Shown: piece by piece, positions 1 through 8,845 of the stretch
Numbering within the stretch: the stretch's first letter is position 1
Layout of the letters: each line of letters starts with the position of its first letter
Origin: Oligoflexia bacterium
GTDB lineage: Bacteria > Bdellovibrionota > UBA1018
Assembly: GCA_903881565.1 (NCBI GenBank)
Contig: CAIRTR010000299.1
Span: forward strand, 2,645 to 66,644
DNA length: 64,000 nt
Direction of reading: 5' to 3'
The notes under the pieces: model-generated
The model's input: the letters and a program-made list of their open reading frames with translations, nothing else
What the model was told of the DNA's origin: nothing
Database searches by the model: none
Made by a program: the position numbers and the translations under genes

Positions 1-438
1 GTTGTCGGCAGTGAGAAGTTCCGGCCGAAGCAGGAGCTGTTCTAGTTGCGGTATTGCGTTTTCATAATCCCAGCGTCTAAAGTAGCAAAGTGCCAGTGCC
101 AGGCGCGCCTCGGGATGAGAGTCTAGGTCCAAAGCGTGAAGTATTTTCATGGCTTCGCGATTCGAACCGATGGAAATAAGCGTGAGCGCGTAAATAATTT
201 TAGTTCTTGCTTCGTCTTGAGTCAGGAGCCCTGCGGGTCTGAGAACTTTAAGGGCAGGGTAAAAAAGTTCCACTCGTCGCAAGCAGTTAGCCAGTTCCGA
301 TCGAAGCGGCGCGGAAACTCGGATGCGTTTTTTAAAAAAGGGGCGCAGTTCGCTTATCGCGTAGCGACGCTGTCCCTGGTCAATGGCAGCTGTGATCCGA
401 GGGATCGCTTCGGTAAGTTTTTCTTCAATTGATGACAT
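1..438 (-). CDS. Partial CDS: its N-terminus is in the window, and it runs off the window's 5' edge. Hypothetical helical-repeat (TPR-like) protein.
   Basis: Hand translation of the minus strand from ATG at 438 gives MSSIEEKLTEAIPRITAAIDQGQRRYAISELRPFFKKRIRVSAPLRSELANCLRRVELFYPALKVLRPAGLLTQDEARTKIIYALTLISIGSNREAMKILHALDLDSHPEARLALALCYFRRWDYENAIPQLEQLLL... with no stop before position 1. The six-frame track does not list it because it is open-ended. The plus-strand ORFs 136..432 and 383..817 are antisense to it and to relE. Confidence 0.5.
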   Translation of the reverse strand, partial: MSSIEEKLTEAIPRITAAIDQGQRRYAISELRPFFKKRIRVSAPLRSELANCLRRVELFYPALKVLRPAGLLTQDEARTKIIYALTLISIGSNREAMKILHALDLDSHPEARLALALCYFRRWDYENAIPQLEQLLLRPELLTADN

Positions 439-442
439 AGGG

Positions 443-727
443 TTACTCTTCGTAAACATTCTTCCGGTGTTTGATGAAGACTATGGTTACCGTATTGGTC
501 TTGATATCGACACGATAAACGATTCGATAATCGCCCACACGAATTCTACGATGTCCAATGAAACTATATCTCAGCGGTTTTCCGAGCCCGATGGGCTCAA
601 CTGCCAAACGAGTTTCGATGGCTTTTTTAATCAGTGCGCGCATCGTCTTGGGCAGGGCAGGAATATCTTCCGTAACCACATTGTCGAGATATTCGATAAT
701 ATAGGGACTATTTCCAGGCTTTGGCAT
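443..727 (-). CDS. relE: RelE/ParE-family type II toxin (mRNA interferase)
   Basis: C-terminal region ...RIRVGDYRIVYRVDIKTNTVTIVFIKHRKNVYEE is typical of RelE/ParE. It overlaps an upstream RHH antitoxin ORF. The likely start is the internal Met (MPKPGNSPYII) at 727; the longest ORF starts at 757. Confidence 0.75.
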   Translation of the reverse strand: MPKPGNSPYIIEYLDNVVTEDIPALPKTMRALIKKAIETRLAVEPIGLGKPLRYSFIGHRRIRVGDYRIVYRVDIKTNTVTIVFIKHRKNVYEE

Positions 728-929
728 GGGAGATGGTTTTCTTGGACTTTGCTTCACGTTTCATTGCCATTTCGGACAAGAGCATGTCCTCGTGCTTCTC
801 GAGGGCGTCCTCCATGAGCTCTTTCGCGACGACCGACATGGATTTTCCTTCTTGAAGCGAGAGGGTCTCAATCATCTTGTAGAGTTCATTGTCTAAAACG
901 ACATTTAACCTTGGATTTTTTGTAGGCAT
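708..929 (-). CDS. relB: RelB/DinJ-like ribbon-helix-helix antitoxin
   Basis: 73 aa, MPTKNPRLNVVLDNELYKMIETLSLQEGKSMSVVAKELMEDALEKHEDMLLSEMAMKR: an N-terminal RHH DNA-binding fold followed by an acidic/helical toxin-binding tail. Its stop overlaps the toxin start, which is the usual TA arrangement. Confidence 0.7.
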   Translation of the reverse strand: MPTKNPRLNVVLDNELYKMIETLSLQEGKSMSVVAKELMEDALEKHEDMLLSEMAMKREAKSKKTISHAKAWK

Positions 930-949
930 TTTCTGTTCCTCAAAAAAAA

Positions 950-969
950 GTGTATCACTAGTGATGCAC
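950..969. promoter_or_regulatory. Candidate relBE operator: perfect 12-bp palindrome ATCACTAGTGAT (954-965) inside the extended inverted repeat GTGTATCACTAGTGATGCAC.
   Basis: Seen directly in the sequence, about 25 bp upstream of the relB start codon (minus strand). RHH antitoxins autoregulate through palindromic operators. Confidence 0.35.
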
Positions 970-992
970 TTGTGTCAACTTCACAAACTTTA

Positions 993-2318
993 CTACTCGA
1001 ACCTCACTAAATGATACGTTCGTTTTCCCTTGCGCAGAAGCAGCGTAGCCCCTGGGAGCAAGTCACTTGCGGTCACGGCTTTTGCGACATCGGTTACGCG
1101 CTCGTTGTTAAGATAAATTCCTCCGGCTGTGATCTCTTTGCGAGCGGCGCCTTTGGAGGCCACGAGCGCCGTTTCAACCAAGAGATCGGCGAGTGCCACG
1201 CCGGCGCCTGCGAGTGAGGATTTTCCTCTCCGGGTTGAAGGCGCCTCAGAAAAAACATCGAGCAGTGTTTTTTCGTCCAGCTCCCGAATGCCGGCTCCAA
1301 ATAAAGCGGCACTGGCTCGTTCCGCGCGCGCCAGTTCTTCTTCGCCGTGGACGAAACACGTGAGTTCACGTGCGAGCGCATTTTGCGCTTCACGTTTTTC
1401 AGGTTGGGTTTTCATTGACGTTTCAAGTTCTGCCATTCGTTCCTGAGAGAGAAACGTGAAGTATTTGACAAAAGTCATCACGTCCGCATCGGCAGTTTGA
1501 ACGAGGAACTGATACAGGCGATAAGGCGAAGTTTTGTCTGCATTCAGCCAGATGGCGCCGGATTCGGTCTTGCCAAACTTCGTGCCGTCGGATTTGAGCA
1601 CGAGTGGAAGGGTGATCCCATAAACGTGGTCTTTTTCGGTGGTGTTTTCGGGCGCATGCCCTTCTTTATGTTCTTGGGCAGCTCGCATTCTGCGGGTCAG
1701 CTCAATGCCCGCCGTGATGTTGCCCCATTGATCGGAGCCGCCGATTTGCAGGGTGCAGTTTTCCTGCTCGTTTAGAGAGTAAAAGTCGTAGGCCTGAAGC
1801 AGCATGTACGAAAATTCGGTGTAGGAAATCCCGTGCTCCCGGTCCTCAAGTCTGGCGCGCACAGATTCTTTGGCCATCATGTGATTGATCGTGAAGTGCT
1901 TGCCCACATCGCGTAAAAAATTGATGTACGAATGTCCTTTAAACCAATCGGCGTTGTTCACGACCTTGCCTCCTGAGGGCCCAGGCTTCAAATCTAAGAA
2001 GCGTGAAATGACGGCGCGAATTCCTGCGACATTCTTCTCGAGCACTTCTTCAGTGAGAAGATTGCGCTCTTGAGATTTGCCGCTCGGATCTCCGATCATG
2101 CCGGTGGCGCCGCCGACCACCGCAATCGGGCGGTGACCCTTGAGCTGAAACCTTTTTAGGGTCATCAGAGGTAATAGGTGTCCAATGTGGAGACTATCTG
2201 AGGTAGGATCAAAACCGCAGTAGAGGGTGAGCGGGGATCCGTTAACGAGCGCTGGGATCGCGGGATCCGTAAATTGCTTGACAAGGCCACGGGATTGGAG
2301 ATCTTCAAAGAGGTTCAT
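993..2318 (-). CDS. tyrS: Tyrosine--tRNA ligase
   Basis: Class I aaRS HIGH motif (DSLHIGHLLPL), KMSKS-type motif (KFGKTESG), and a C-terminal S4-like RNA-binding region. 441 aa. Confidence 0.9.
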   Translation of the reverse strand: MNLFEDLQSRGLVKQFTDPAIPALVNGSPLTLYCGFDPTSDSLHIGHLLPLMTLKRFQLKGHRPIAVVGGATGMIGDPSGKSQERNLLTEEVLEKNVAGIRAVISRFLDLKPGPSGGKVVNNADWFKGHSYINFLRDVGKHFTINHMMAKESVRARLEDREHGISYTEFSYMLLQAYDFYSLNEQENCTLQIGGSDQWGNITAGIELTRRMRAAQEHKEGHAPENTTEKDHVYGITLPLVLKSDGTKFGKTESGAIWLNADKTSPYRLYQFLVQTADADVMTFVKYFTFLSQERMAELETSMKTQPEKREAQNALARELTCFVHGEEELARAERASAALFGAGIRELDEKTLLDVFSEAPSTRRGKSSLAGAGVALADLLVETALVASKGAARKEITAGGIYLNNERVTDVAKAVTASDLLPGATLLLRKGKRTYHLVRFE

Positions 2319-2346
2319 GCATACAACTATAGCTTCAAATCGCAGA

Positions 2347-4701
2347 ATGAAAAAGCCGCTTCGAAAATTTTTGATTCTTGGGGTGGCGAGTCTTGCCCTT
2401 TGTCTGGTTTTTGGACTTTTTGGGCGGCTTTTCGAGGCAGTTGGCGATGAACTCCAATCCGATATGGCGTTGCGTCTTAAGGGAATGTCTTGTGAGGTTT
2501 ATCAAGACCCCCAAGGAATACCCCATGTGCGCCCGCGGGACACTCAGGATGCGTTTGCCGTCTATGCATGTTTTGGGTACCTGCATGGGCGAGATCGTGC
2601 GTGGCAGATGGATTATTTCAGGCGCACGGCTGAGGGGAGAACCGCCGAAGTGCTGGGGCGCGATCAGATTCGTACGGACTTCTTTATGCGCCTTTTGGGC
2701 CTCAAAGAGCTTGCGGAAAGAATTTACAGTACTCTCCCTAAAGTCGATCAATCCCGGTTTTGGGCCTATGCAGAGGGCGTGAACCGCGGGTTTGCCGAGG
2801 CCTTGAAGCTGGGCTCTTACGAATTGAAGGCCTTGGATTATGGATTGGATCCCTGGCGGGCCCAGGATTCGATCATGCTTGTTTTGCTTCAGTCCTTTGA
2901 CCAGACGAAGAGAGTTTTTCAGCACTCTTTAAATGAAGAGCAATGGCATGAAGGTTTTGCGCAAGAGGCCTCAACCCTTTTTGCAAATGAAGACCTCCCT
3001 TGGGATGTATCAGTGCTTAAGCCAGGCGAGTTCCCGACGAAGAAGGCGGGAGTTTCCCACGCTCAGTCTTTGCCGGTAGAAACGAGCTCGCAAAAGGCTG
3101 CTTCATACTCATTTGGTTACTCATTTGCTTCACTTGATCGCGCTTTCCCCGAAGTTTTCGGTTCTGAGGCCGGTGGCGGGAGCAATAACTGGGTTTTGGC
3201 GCCCCAGCGTTCGAAAGGGGGGCGGGCTTGGCTTGCGAACGATCCTCATCTCTCGCTGAAGCATCCTCCGTTTTGGTATTGGGCTCATGTTAAGGGTTAC
3301 GATGTTTCGGGCAAGCTTTTGGATGTGATCGGGGCAAGTCTTCCGGGAGTTCCTGTTGTGGTGAGTGGGGCGAATCCTTGGGCGGCCTGGGGCTTGACCA
3401 ATGCTTTTTTGCCGGCGGCTCGGGTCTTTTATGTTCCCCAAGCCGATGTGGAAAAACTCGAGGCCGTTCGTCCCTGGATTTGGGTTCGTTTTTGGAAATT
3501 CAAGTTTCCCTTCTTTTTTAAGACTTTTCAGCGAACAAAAACCGGGTTGCCTGTGTTGCCTTTGCCAGCCCCCGAAGGGCGAGCGCTCGTGTTGCAGTGG
3601 AGTGGCTATGGCCTGGTGGGTTCGGATATTTCGCCTCTTTTTGATGTAGGCACCTCGGAGTCTGCGTCGGTGCTCGATCGCGCGCTCTCGCGTGTGGGCG
3701 TTCCCACTTGGAATTTTGTTTTTGCGGATACTCAGGGTTCCGTGGGCTTTCGGGCCGTGGGACGAGTGTTTCGTTTGGAAGGCGCGCCGTCATTCGGGGT
3801 TCCTCGTGAAAGTCTGGCGAAAGTCGAACACGAGGACTCTGCGCAAAACAGGCTCCTTACTGCCTCCGAAATGCCGCATCTTCTTAACCCAAAGCGGGGC
3901 TTCATTGCGACGGCCAATAACCGGCAATGGCCACGTCAGGCGAAGTTTGATTCTGGGCGCGGACAATGTTTAGGATTTCGAGCTTTTCGGATTGAAGAGC
4001 TTTTAGCGAAGAACTCTCGGCACGATCTCCAGTCGCAGCGCGAGATTCAGTGCGATGTGCAGGCGGTGGATGCGCGGTTTCTGACCCCTCTTTTATTGCG
4101 CGTGTTGCGGGAGCATCATCTGGATGCTCAACAGATCAAAGGTTTTAAGCTTCTGGAGGGTTGGAATTTTGAGGCCAACCTCAATTGCCGGGCTTGTGGA
4201 CTTTATCGACGCTGGGTGAATGAAGTGATGTCGTTGCAGCGCTTTAACGAAACGGCGCTTTTTCGGAGGCTATCCAGTGGGGCGAGTGCTGAGTTGAAGA
4301 AGTCAGTTTTTGAAAGTTTTGTGCTGGTGCTTAATGAACTGCCGGATTTTCCAAAGTGGGGAGATCTCCATCGTAACTATTTCAGGCATTTGGCAGGGGA
4401 GGGGTATTTTACGGCTGCGCCGATTGCTACTCCGGGCGATGACTTTTCGGTGAATCCGGGCACTTCGGATTGGCAGGCTGGGGAATTCAAACATCGCGAT
4501 GGAGCCTCGCAACGCATGCTCGTGGAGCTGTCGAATCCTCCGGTCGTGTATTCGGTGCTTGCGGGTTCCAATCGGGATTTAGATCAGCGCGATTTGGCGT
4601 TGCTTGATGGTCCTTGGCAGAAGTGGGCACAATGCGGCTTAGAGCAACGCGTTTTCCCGCTGGATTGGACAAAAGTGCACGGGGATCTTGTTAAATTCTA
4701 G
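2347..4701 (+). CDS. Penicillin amidase/acylase-family Ntn hydrolase (penicillin G acylase or AHL/PvdQ-like acylase), secreted
   Basis: Signal peptide MKKPLRKFLILGVASLALCLVFG. Conserved autoproteolytic nucleophile motif GGSNNWVLAP (Ser-Asn-Asn-Trp of penicillin acylases). About 784 aa. The longest ORF (2227) overlaps tyrS on the opposite strand, so the internal ATG at 2347, which has the signal peptide, is the preferred start. Confidence 0.85.
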   Translation: MKKPLRKFLILGVASLALCLVFGLFGRLFEAVGDELQSDMALRLKGMSCEVYQDPQGIPHVRPRDTQDAFAVYACFGYLHGRDRAWQMDYFRRTAEGRTAEVLGRDQIRTDFFMRLLGLKELAERIYSTLPKVDQSRFWAYAEGVNRGFAEALKLGSYELKALDYGLDPWRAQDSIMLVLLQSFDQTKRVFQHSLNEEQWHEGFAQEASTLFANEDLPWDVSVLKPGEFPTKKAGVSHAQSLPVETSSQKAASYSFGYSFASLDRAFPEVFGSEAGGGSNNWVLAPQRSKGGRAWLANDPHLSLKHPPFWYWAHVKGYDVSGKLLDVIGASLPGVPVVVSGANPWAAWGLTNAFLPAARVFYVPQADVEKLEAVRPWIWVRFWKFKFPFFFKTFQRTKTGLPVLPLPAPEGRALVLQWSGYGLVGSDISPLFDVGTSESASVLDRALSRVGVPTWNFVFADTQGSVGFRAVGRVFRLEGAPSFGVPRESLAKVEHEDSAQNRLLTASEMPHLLNPKRGFIATANNRQWPRQAKFDSGRGQCLGFRAFRIEELLAKNSRHDLQSQREIQCDVQAVDARFLTPLLLRVLREHHLDAQQIKGFKLLEGWNFEANLNCRACGLYRRWVNEVMSLQRFNETALFRRLSSGASAELKKSVFESFVLVLNELPDFPKWGDLHRNYFRHLAGEGYFTAAPIATPGDDFSVNPGTSDWQAGEFKHRDGASQRMLVELSNPPVVYSVLAGSNRDLDQRDLALLDGPWQKWAQCGLEQRVFPLDWTKVHGDLVKF

Positions 4702-4706
4702 AAACT

Positions 4707-5867
4707 GGTCCCTCACAGTGTGCTTACCGAGTAAGGGCGTCAACCTTTAAGGGATACTTATTCTAGTGGCAATATTAAGATCAGGATAGAAGTGTTAGGA
4801 AACTCCTCATGCGCGTCGTGAGACGCTGCCCCTACGCCGGAATCGGCTTCGTGAGGACCGTGTTGTGGTACTGAACGAATATCGAGAGGTGTGCCGCGAG
4901 GCGATCGGCTCTCTTGGTAGTGCACCATGTGCGACGGACAAGTCGATTGATGTTCGCACGAATCATGGCGCACGTGTGATTGAGATCGAACAAAGGATCA
5001 AATCCAATTTTCTTTAGTTCGCCCTGACCCACCACACATCCCCTGCGCCCCTTTACAGCTATATGGGTCGCGTCTTTAAAATGAGGTTTAAGCCATCCCG
5101 GATATTTTGGATTCTGGTCAGTCGTGACCGTGGCCTTCGGATGAATGTAGGCGCGAAGTTCATCAAATAGATCCGACGTCAGTCTGCCCCGATGATCAAC
5201 ACGCGGCCCGTATTTTTTGCGCGAAACCGCGGCAAGTGGGCCTTTAGCTGGCATACTTGCGACTCGAAACCCCAAGATCTTACGGCTCCCCGGATGAACC
5301 ACCAGCGGAATACTTAACGGCAAGCACTTGGATTTTTCAAAACTTTCCATTTCATCAAACTGTACTTCCACGATCCTATTCTGTTCGGACTCAAAAGAGA
5401 GGAGAAACCTCTTATGTTTCTTGTCCGCCTCTTTCGCGAGAAACAACAACTTTCGCACGACGGTCTTGCGGTTGATCTTCAAAATCAGCGCAATTCTGCG
5501 TTGAGAAACACACGAATTCAGGAGGGTGAAAACTGTGGAATTTATTCTGCGCTTTTTCTGCCCAAAGCACGACGAGTACGAGCCTCTGGAAAAGAGACGT
5601 TTACAGGAGTGACAGTAAAAGCGCCCAATCCGTTTCGAATCACTTGCTCTGAGGTAGGAGCCTTTTCGGATGATGTGACTGATCCCTGGACCTAAAGCGC
5701 CCCCATTCGCCTGCGGAGAGGTGTGCGAAGGACAGTTGAAATAATAGCATTTCTTAGGGATTTGGCTGGAATGCGCGTTCTTCATGTGGCGGTAAGAGAG
5801 CAAATGCTCTGCCAAACTCAGAACTTGGGCCCACTTGCTGATTAGCTACCGCACACTTTGGGGGGCC
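4707..5867 (-). mobile_element. IS1-family insertion sequence, about 1.16 kb
   Basis: Imperfect terminal inverted repeats: GGTCCCTCACAGTGTGC (4707-4723) against the reverse complement of 5851-5867 (GGCCCCCCAAAGTGTGC), 14/17 matches. They bracket a single transposase ORF. No clear target-site duplication could be identified. Confidence 0.55.
4832..5815 (-). CDS. IS1-family transposase (fused InsA-like zinc finger + InsB-like DDE domain)
   Basis: N-terminal Cys/His zinc-finger region (CYYFNCPSH...CHSCKRLF). The C-terminus ...LVRRTWCTTKRADRLAAHLSIFVQYHNT matches the characteristic IS1 InsB tail (...RRTLCFSKS...HxLxIxxYH...). Confidence 0.8.
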   Translation of the reverse strand: MAEHLLSYRHMKNAHSSQIPKKCYYFNCPSHTSPQANGGALGPGISHIIRKGSYLRASDSKRIGRFYCHSCKRLFSRGSYSSCFGQKKRRINSTVFTLLNSCVSQRRIALILKINRKTVVRKLLFLAKEADKKHKRFLLSFESEQNRIVEVQFDEMESFEKSKCLPLSIPLVVHPGSRKILGFRVASMPAKGPLAAVSRKKYGPRVDHRGRLTSDLFDELRAYIHPKATVTTDQNPKYPGWLKPHFKDATHIAVKGRRGCVVGQGELKKIGFDPLFDLNHTCAMIRANINRLVRRTWCTTKRADRLAAHLSIFVQYHNTVLTKPIPA

Positions 5868-6460
5868 AGTTTTAACTGTTTTAGACAGACCATTGCGACC
5901 TTTTCTGCGTCGCTGCTTTTGAGGTTTCCGAATCTTTCAATCATTGCCGAGAGAACCATGTTATCAATTCTGCCGCACATCCCGCTGAACATCCACGGAG
6001 TGACAACAAAGTCAGTGCCCCAGTCCAGGTTTAAGAAGTTATAGACTGCGCCTCCGCAGTCCGATTTTGTACTATAGCAAAGCTGGCCGCCGTCGCCGGT
6101 TCCGTTATCGATTAAGAGTTGGCCATTTTTCGCATCGCCCCCTTTTTCGCAGGCTTGCTCAAAGCCTTGTCCTTCAATATTGAGAGTCTGATTTTCCAAG
6201 ACCTCAAGTAGCTTCATTCGAAGTTTGAATAATTTGAAATCCGATTGGAGCAATCCACAGGTTTTTACGGCTTGAAGCGTTTTTTGAAATGTGGAGAAAA
6301 GTTTGAATCCGAGTGCTTCGGGAAGATCTACAGTGTTTAGAGAGGGGCCGTTGTCAGTGCTATACGTTCCGGCCTTTGCAGGGGACGAGAGCTGCGTGAG
6401 AAGAAGGGTGAGAGCCATTGCAGCGATCGAGGTTGAAGTTAGTTTTTTCATGGATTTCAT
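5846..6460 (-). CDS. Secreted hypothetical protein; its C-terminus was rewritten by the IS1 insertion.
   Basis: Signal peptide MKSMKKLTSTSIAAMALTLLLTQLSSPAKA. The last 7 codons (LAPQSVR*) are encoded by the right inverted repeat of the IS1-like element (5867..5846), so the native 3' end has been replaced. Confidence 0.5.
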   Translation of the reverse strand: MKSMKKLTSTSIAAMALTLLLTQLSSPAKAGTYSTDNGPSLNTVDLPEALGFKLFSTFQKTLQAVKTCGLLQSDFKLFKLRMKLLEVLENQTLNIEGQGFEQACEKGGDAKNGQLLIDNGTGDGGQLCYSTKSDCGGAVYNFLNLDWGTDFVVTPWMFSGMCGRIDNMVLSAMIERFGNLKSSDAEKVAMVCLKQLKLAPQSVR

Positions 6461-6615
6461 TTTAGGCCCTCTGTTTTCCCCCAGCTGGACTGTCCATTGG
6501 GGTGAGTCGCACCTTATATGATTTGACGCAATGGGTCAAGAAGGCAGACCTAAATCACGCTTCTTTTTTGAAGTTTTAGCCTGAAGCTTTGGGAAGTTTT
6601 TGCCGATAGCATTTT

Positions 6616-7524
6616 ATGACTCGTTTGCGGGTTCATGGAGTTGCTTTACTCTTATTAGCTGTCGGGGTGGGATTGTTAGAACTTCCTGGAATTACGGGGA
6701 ATTCTCCAGTTCTATCTCAACCCCCGGGACCCCCAGTGGCTCTTGCAGAGGCAATTTCTCGATTGGGGTTATCTCAATCGGGGCGCGATATTTTGGAGCG
6801 GGCCAGGCACTATTGGCGATTGGGCTCCACGTCTGAGTTGCTGACTCGCGTTAAATGGGGGCTGGCTTCTCGGACGGACGCGGTCCTGACACGGACGCTG
6901 GACCCCAAAACGGGGAAAGAGGGTCGCAAACGCGAAGTCTCTGTTTATATTCGTCAGGGTCAAACCCTGGTTGAAACTACTTTGGATATTGCGCACGAGT
7001 TGGTGCATGCCACTGCGCCTCCGGCTTGGGATCCTTACGATCCAGACCTCACGCTGGGGCGTTATATTCTTGCCGCCATCGAAGGTGAGGGGGGCGAGGT
7101 AGAGGCGGTCGCACAAGAGTGCGAAGTCGCATCCCAGGTTTTCCCTGCCGATGCGGTGACAAGGGAGAGGTGCGGACGCTATGTGGGCGGGCAGGGGCGA
7201 GTTCCTGCGTCTTTAGTGGGTTCAGGGTTGGGTTCAAGATCCGGAATCCGCGATTCGATTCGCAAAGATTTTTATCGCTCGGGCCGGTGGTTTGCCGATC
7301 TTCAAAAAAACTTAGGTATGGAAAAAGGGATTTTCCCGCTGCTTTCGGCGGATTCACCGGTGCTTTATTCATCGACCGGGAATGCTCCCTATCCTGCCGC
7401 GCTGATGCGGGAGTATCGCGAGCTCAACCTAACGGCGTGCAAGAATACGTTGAAGCGCTTGGATACTGAGACGCAGACGATGCGGTTTGCGCAGCGGTTT
7501 ATTCAAAAACGCTGCGGGGAGTAG
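6616..7524 (+). CDS. Secreted hypothetical protein with an HExxH motif (possible zinc metallopeptidase)
   Basis: Signal-like N-terminus MTRLRVHGVALLLLAVGVGLL. Motif DIAHELVHA (HExxH). Confidence 0.5.
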   Translation: MTRLRVHGVALLLLAVGVGLLELPGITGNSPVLSQPPGPPVALAEAISRLGLSQSGRDILERARHYWRLGSTSELLTRVKWGLASRTDAVLTRTLDPKTGKEGRKREVSVYIRQGQTLVETTLDIAHELVHATAPPAWDPYDPDLTLGRYILAAIEGEGGEVEAVAQECEVASQVFPADAVTRERCGRYVGGQGRVPASLVGSGLGSRSGIRDSIRKDFYRSGRWFADLQKNLGMEKGIFPLLSADSPVLYSSTGNAPYPAALMREYRELNLTACKNTLKRLDTETQTMRFAQRFIQKRCGE

Positions 7525-7918
7525 GCCTTCACCTTGAGTCTTGCAATCTGCGGAAGGTGATCGAAATCTGAATCTCGATCAAATAAAACCAAATTATGCT
7601 GCAAAACGAGCGCAGCAATCCAAAGATCATTCGTCGGAATCGGTTTCCCCTTCTTGCGAAGGTAGGCATACAGATCTGCGTAAAAATGGGTGGTTTGATC
7701 ATCGGGGCAAAGAATGAACACGCCTTCGTTGTTGAGAAAATGGGTGAGGACGCGCTCATTTTTTTCTTTATGCGTGCCATTTGCGAAGCCGGCTCTTTGC
7801 TCAGCAATGACAATGAGGGGGACGTAAATCTCGGCAGCGCCCTCAACGGACTCGACCACTTCGGGAAGTCCCCTACAAAAATCCGTATAGCGATTTGAGT
7901 CGATTGCGATTTTCATCA
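7503..7918 (-). CDS. vapC: PIN-domain toxin (VapC-like ribonuclease)
   Basis: MMKIAIDSNRY... (conserved N-terminal Asp), TNDLWIAA and LFDRDSDF PIN acidic motifs. A 4-nt ATGA start/stop overlap with the upstream antitoxin ORF. Confidence 0.8.
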
Positions 7919-8185
7919 TTTCGAAAGGTCCGGCCAAAGTTTCGAATCGATCTGATGTTGAGCGCGAATTTCTTCTTCAATTTGGGTCGCTTCTTTTTCA
8001 GACAAAGAGCCTATGACTTCACTGAAGTCTCGTTTGGGCTTGAAACTCTCGCCCGCGCCTAGGGTTAGGGCCTCAAGCGCGACTTGATTGAAGCTTTTTC
8101 CTGATTCTTTTGCGCGTTTTCTCAAAGCTCGATCGACCGGGTCAGGGACGCTTCTTATGGTGTATTGGCGTGTATACTTATACAT
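7916..8185 (-). CDS. vapB: VapB-like antitoxin (RHH/CopG-type)
   Basis: 89 aa; ...TIRSVPDPVDRALRKRAKESGKSFNQVALEALT is an RHH-like N-terminus. Translationally coupled to the PIN toxin. Confidence 0.65.
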   Translation of the reverse strand: MYKYTRQYTIRSVPDPVDRALRKRAKESGKSFNQVALEALTLGAGESFKPKRDFSEVIGSLSEKEATQIEEEIRAQHQIDSKLWPDLSK

Positions 8186-8190
8186 GTATA
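8163..8190. promoter_or_regulatory. Candidate vapBC operator: inverted repeat GTGTATAC-N8-GTATACAC centred on the vapB start region.
   Basis: Seen in the sequence (GTGATACAGTGTATACATGTATAAGTATACAC on the coding strand). Type II antitoxin operators are typically palindromic. Confidence 0.3.
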
Positions 8191-8283
8191 CACTGTATCA
8201 CAAAAATGTATATATCGTCAATAATACAAAAAAACACCCGCGAACTGAGCCAATCTCAAAATCGCAGGTGCCTTTTTAGTTCG

Positions 8284-8341
8284 ACGGAAGAAATCTAACG
8301 GAAGAAAATTAACGAAAGAAAACTAAGCGAAAAATGAACTA
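8284..8341. repeat. Degenerate 14-nt tandem repeat, about 4 copies (ACGGAAGAAATCTA / ACGGAAGAAAATTA / ACGAAAGAAAACTA / AGCGAAAAATGAACTA)
   Basis: Seen directly, immediately 3' of the pilin gene stop (minus strand). Confidence 0.4.
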
Positions 8342-8845
8342 GGGCGACGTGATCGTGAACGTCAACGTATCGCTATAAGATCCCTGCATGAGGCTGTCTG
8401 CGGCGGTTCCTGTGTAGCTGATCGTCAAGGGCTTCGTCACGTTGACAACCGAGTTGGAAGCCGTGCCCGTGGTCACCGTTTGTGGGGTTGCCGAGAGCGT
8501 GTAGCTTGAGCCGTTATATTGAGAAGTGTAGGTTACGCTCCCGAGGGTTCCGTTTTTCAGTAGCCCTGCGTTTGTGGAGGCTACCTTCACGCTGTACCCA
8601 AGGGTCGTGTTGTTAATTTCTCGCACCGTTGCGACGTTCAAGTTGGATTGCGTTGTTGAGAGGTCCAACGAGTTATATCCCGCAGCGGGAGTGACGGTGA
8701 TGGCAGTCGCAGCAGCGACTGTGCCTGATAAAGTGATGGTGCCGGTTGTGGCGGCCTGTGCGCTAACGGCAAAGGCGACACTCGCAGCGATCATGAATAA
8801 TCCGGTGAATAGTTTTGTGGAATGAGTGAAGTGACTTGTTTTCAT
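8339..8845 (-). CDS. Csu-type (spore coat protein U/SCPU domain) fimbrial major subunit
   Basis: Signal peptide MKTSHFTHSTKLFTGLFMIAASVAFAVSAQA. Ser/Thr-rich beta-strand protein ending ...SYSDTLTFTITSP, as SCPU/CsuA/B pilins do. Adjacent to a chaperone-usher operon. The preferred start is the internal Met at 8845. Confidence 0.75.
   Translation of the reverse strand: MKTSHFTHSTKLFTGLFMIAASVAFAVSAQAATTGTITLSGTVAAATAITVTPAAGYNSLDLSTTQSNLNVATVREINNTTLGYSVKVASTNAGLLKNGTLGSVTYTSQYNGSSYTLSATPQTVTTGTASNSVVNVTKPLTISYTGTAADSLMQGSYSDTLTFTITSP

Noticed and set aside
150-180. tRNA-like GGTTCGAATCG string near position 165
   Set aside because: It lies inside a coding region and has no cloverleaf context. 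No tRNA, rRNA or CRISPR array could be supported anywhere in the window.
136-817. Plus-strand ORFs 136..432 and 383..817 from the six-frame track
   Set aside because: They are antisense to the open-ended TPR-like gene (1..438, -) and to relE/relB. Their translations are low-complexity with no motifs, and the minus-strand genes have clear features.
1129-1775. Plus-strand ORFs inside tyrS (for example 1129..1446 and 1497..1775)
   Set aside because: They are antisense shadows of the well-supported tyrS gene.
2319-2346. T-box or leader upstream of tyrS
   Set aside because: Only about 28 bp separate the tyrS start from the divergent acylase gene. There is no room for a T-box leader.
2335-2925. 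Minus-strand 196-aa ORF overlapping the acylase gene
   Set aside because: It lies antisense within the acylase CDS, which has a signal peptide and the SNNW motif. No features of its own.
8284-8341. CRISPR-like array at the 14-nt tandem repeats
   Set aside because: The units are too short (14 nt), degenerate and directly abutting with no spacers. It is a simple tandem repeat.
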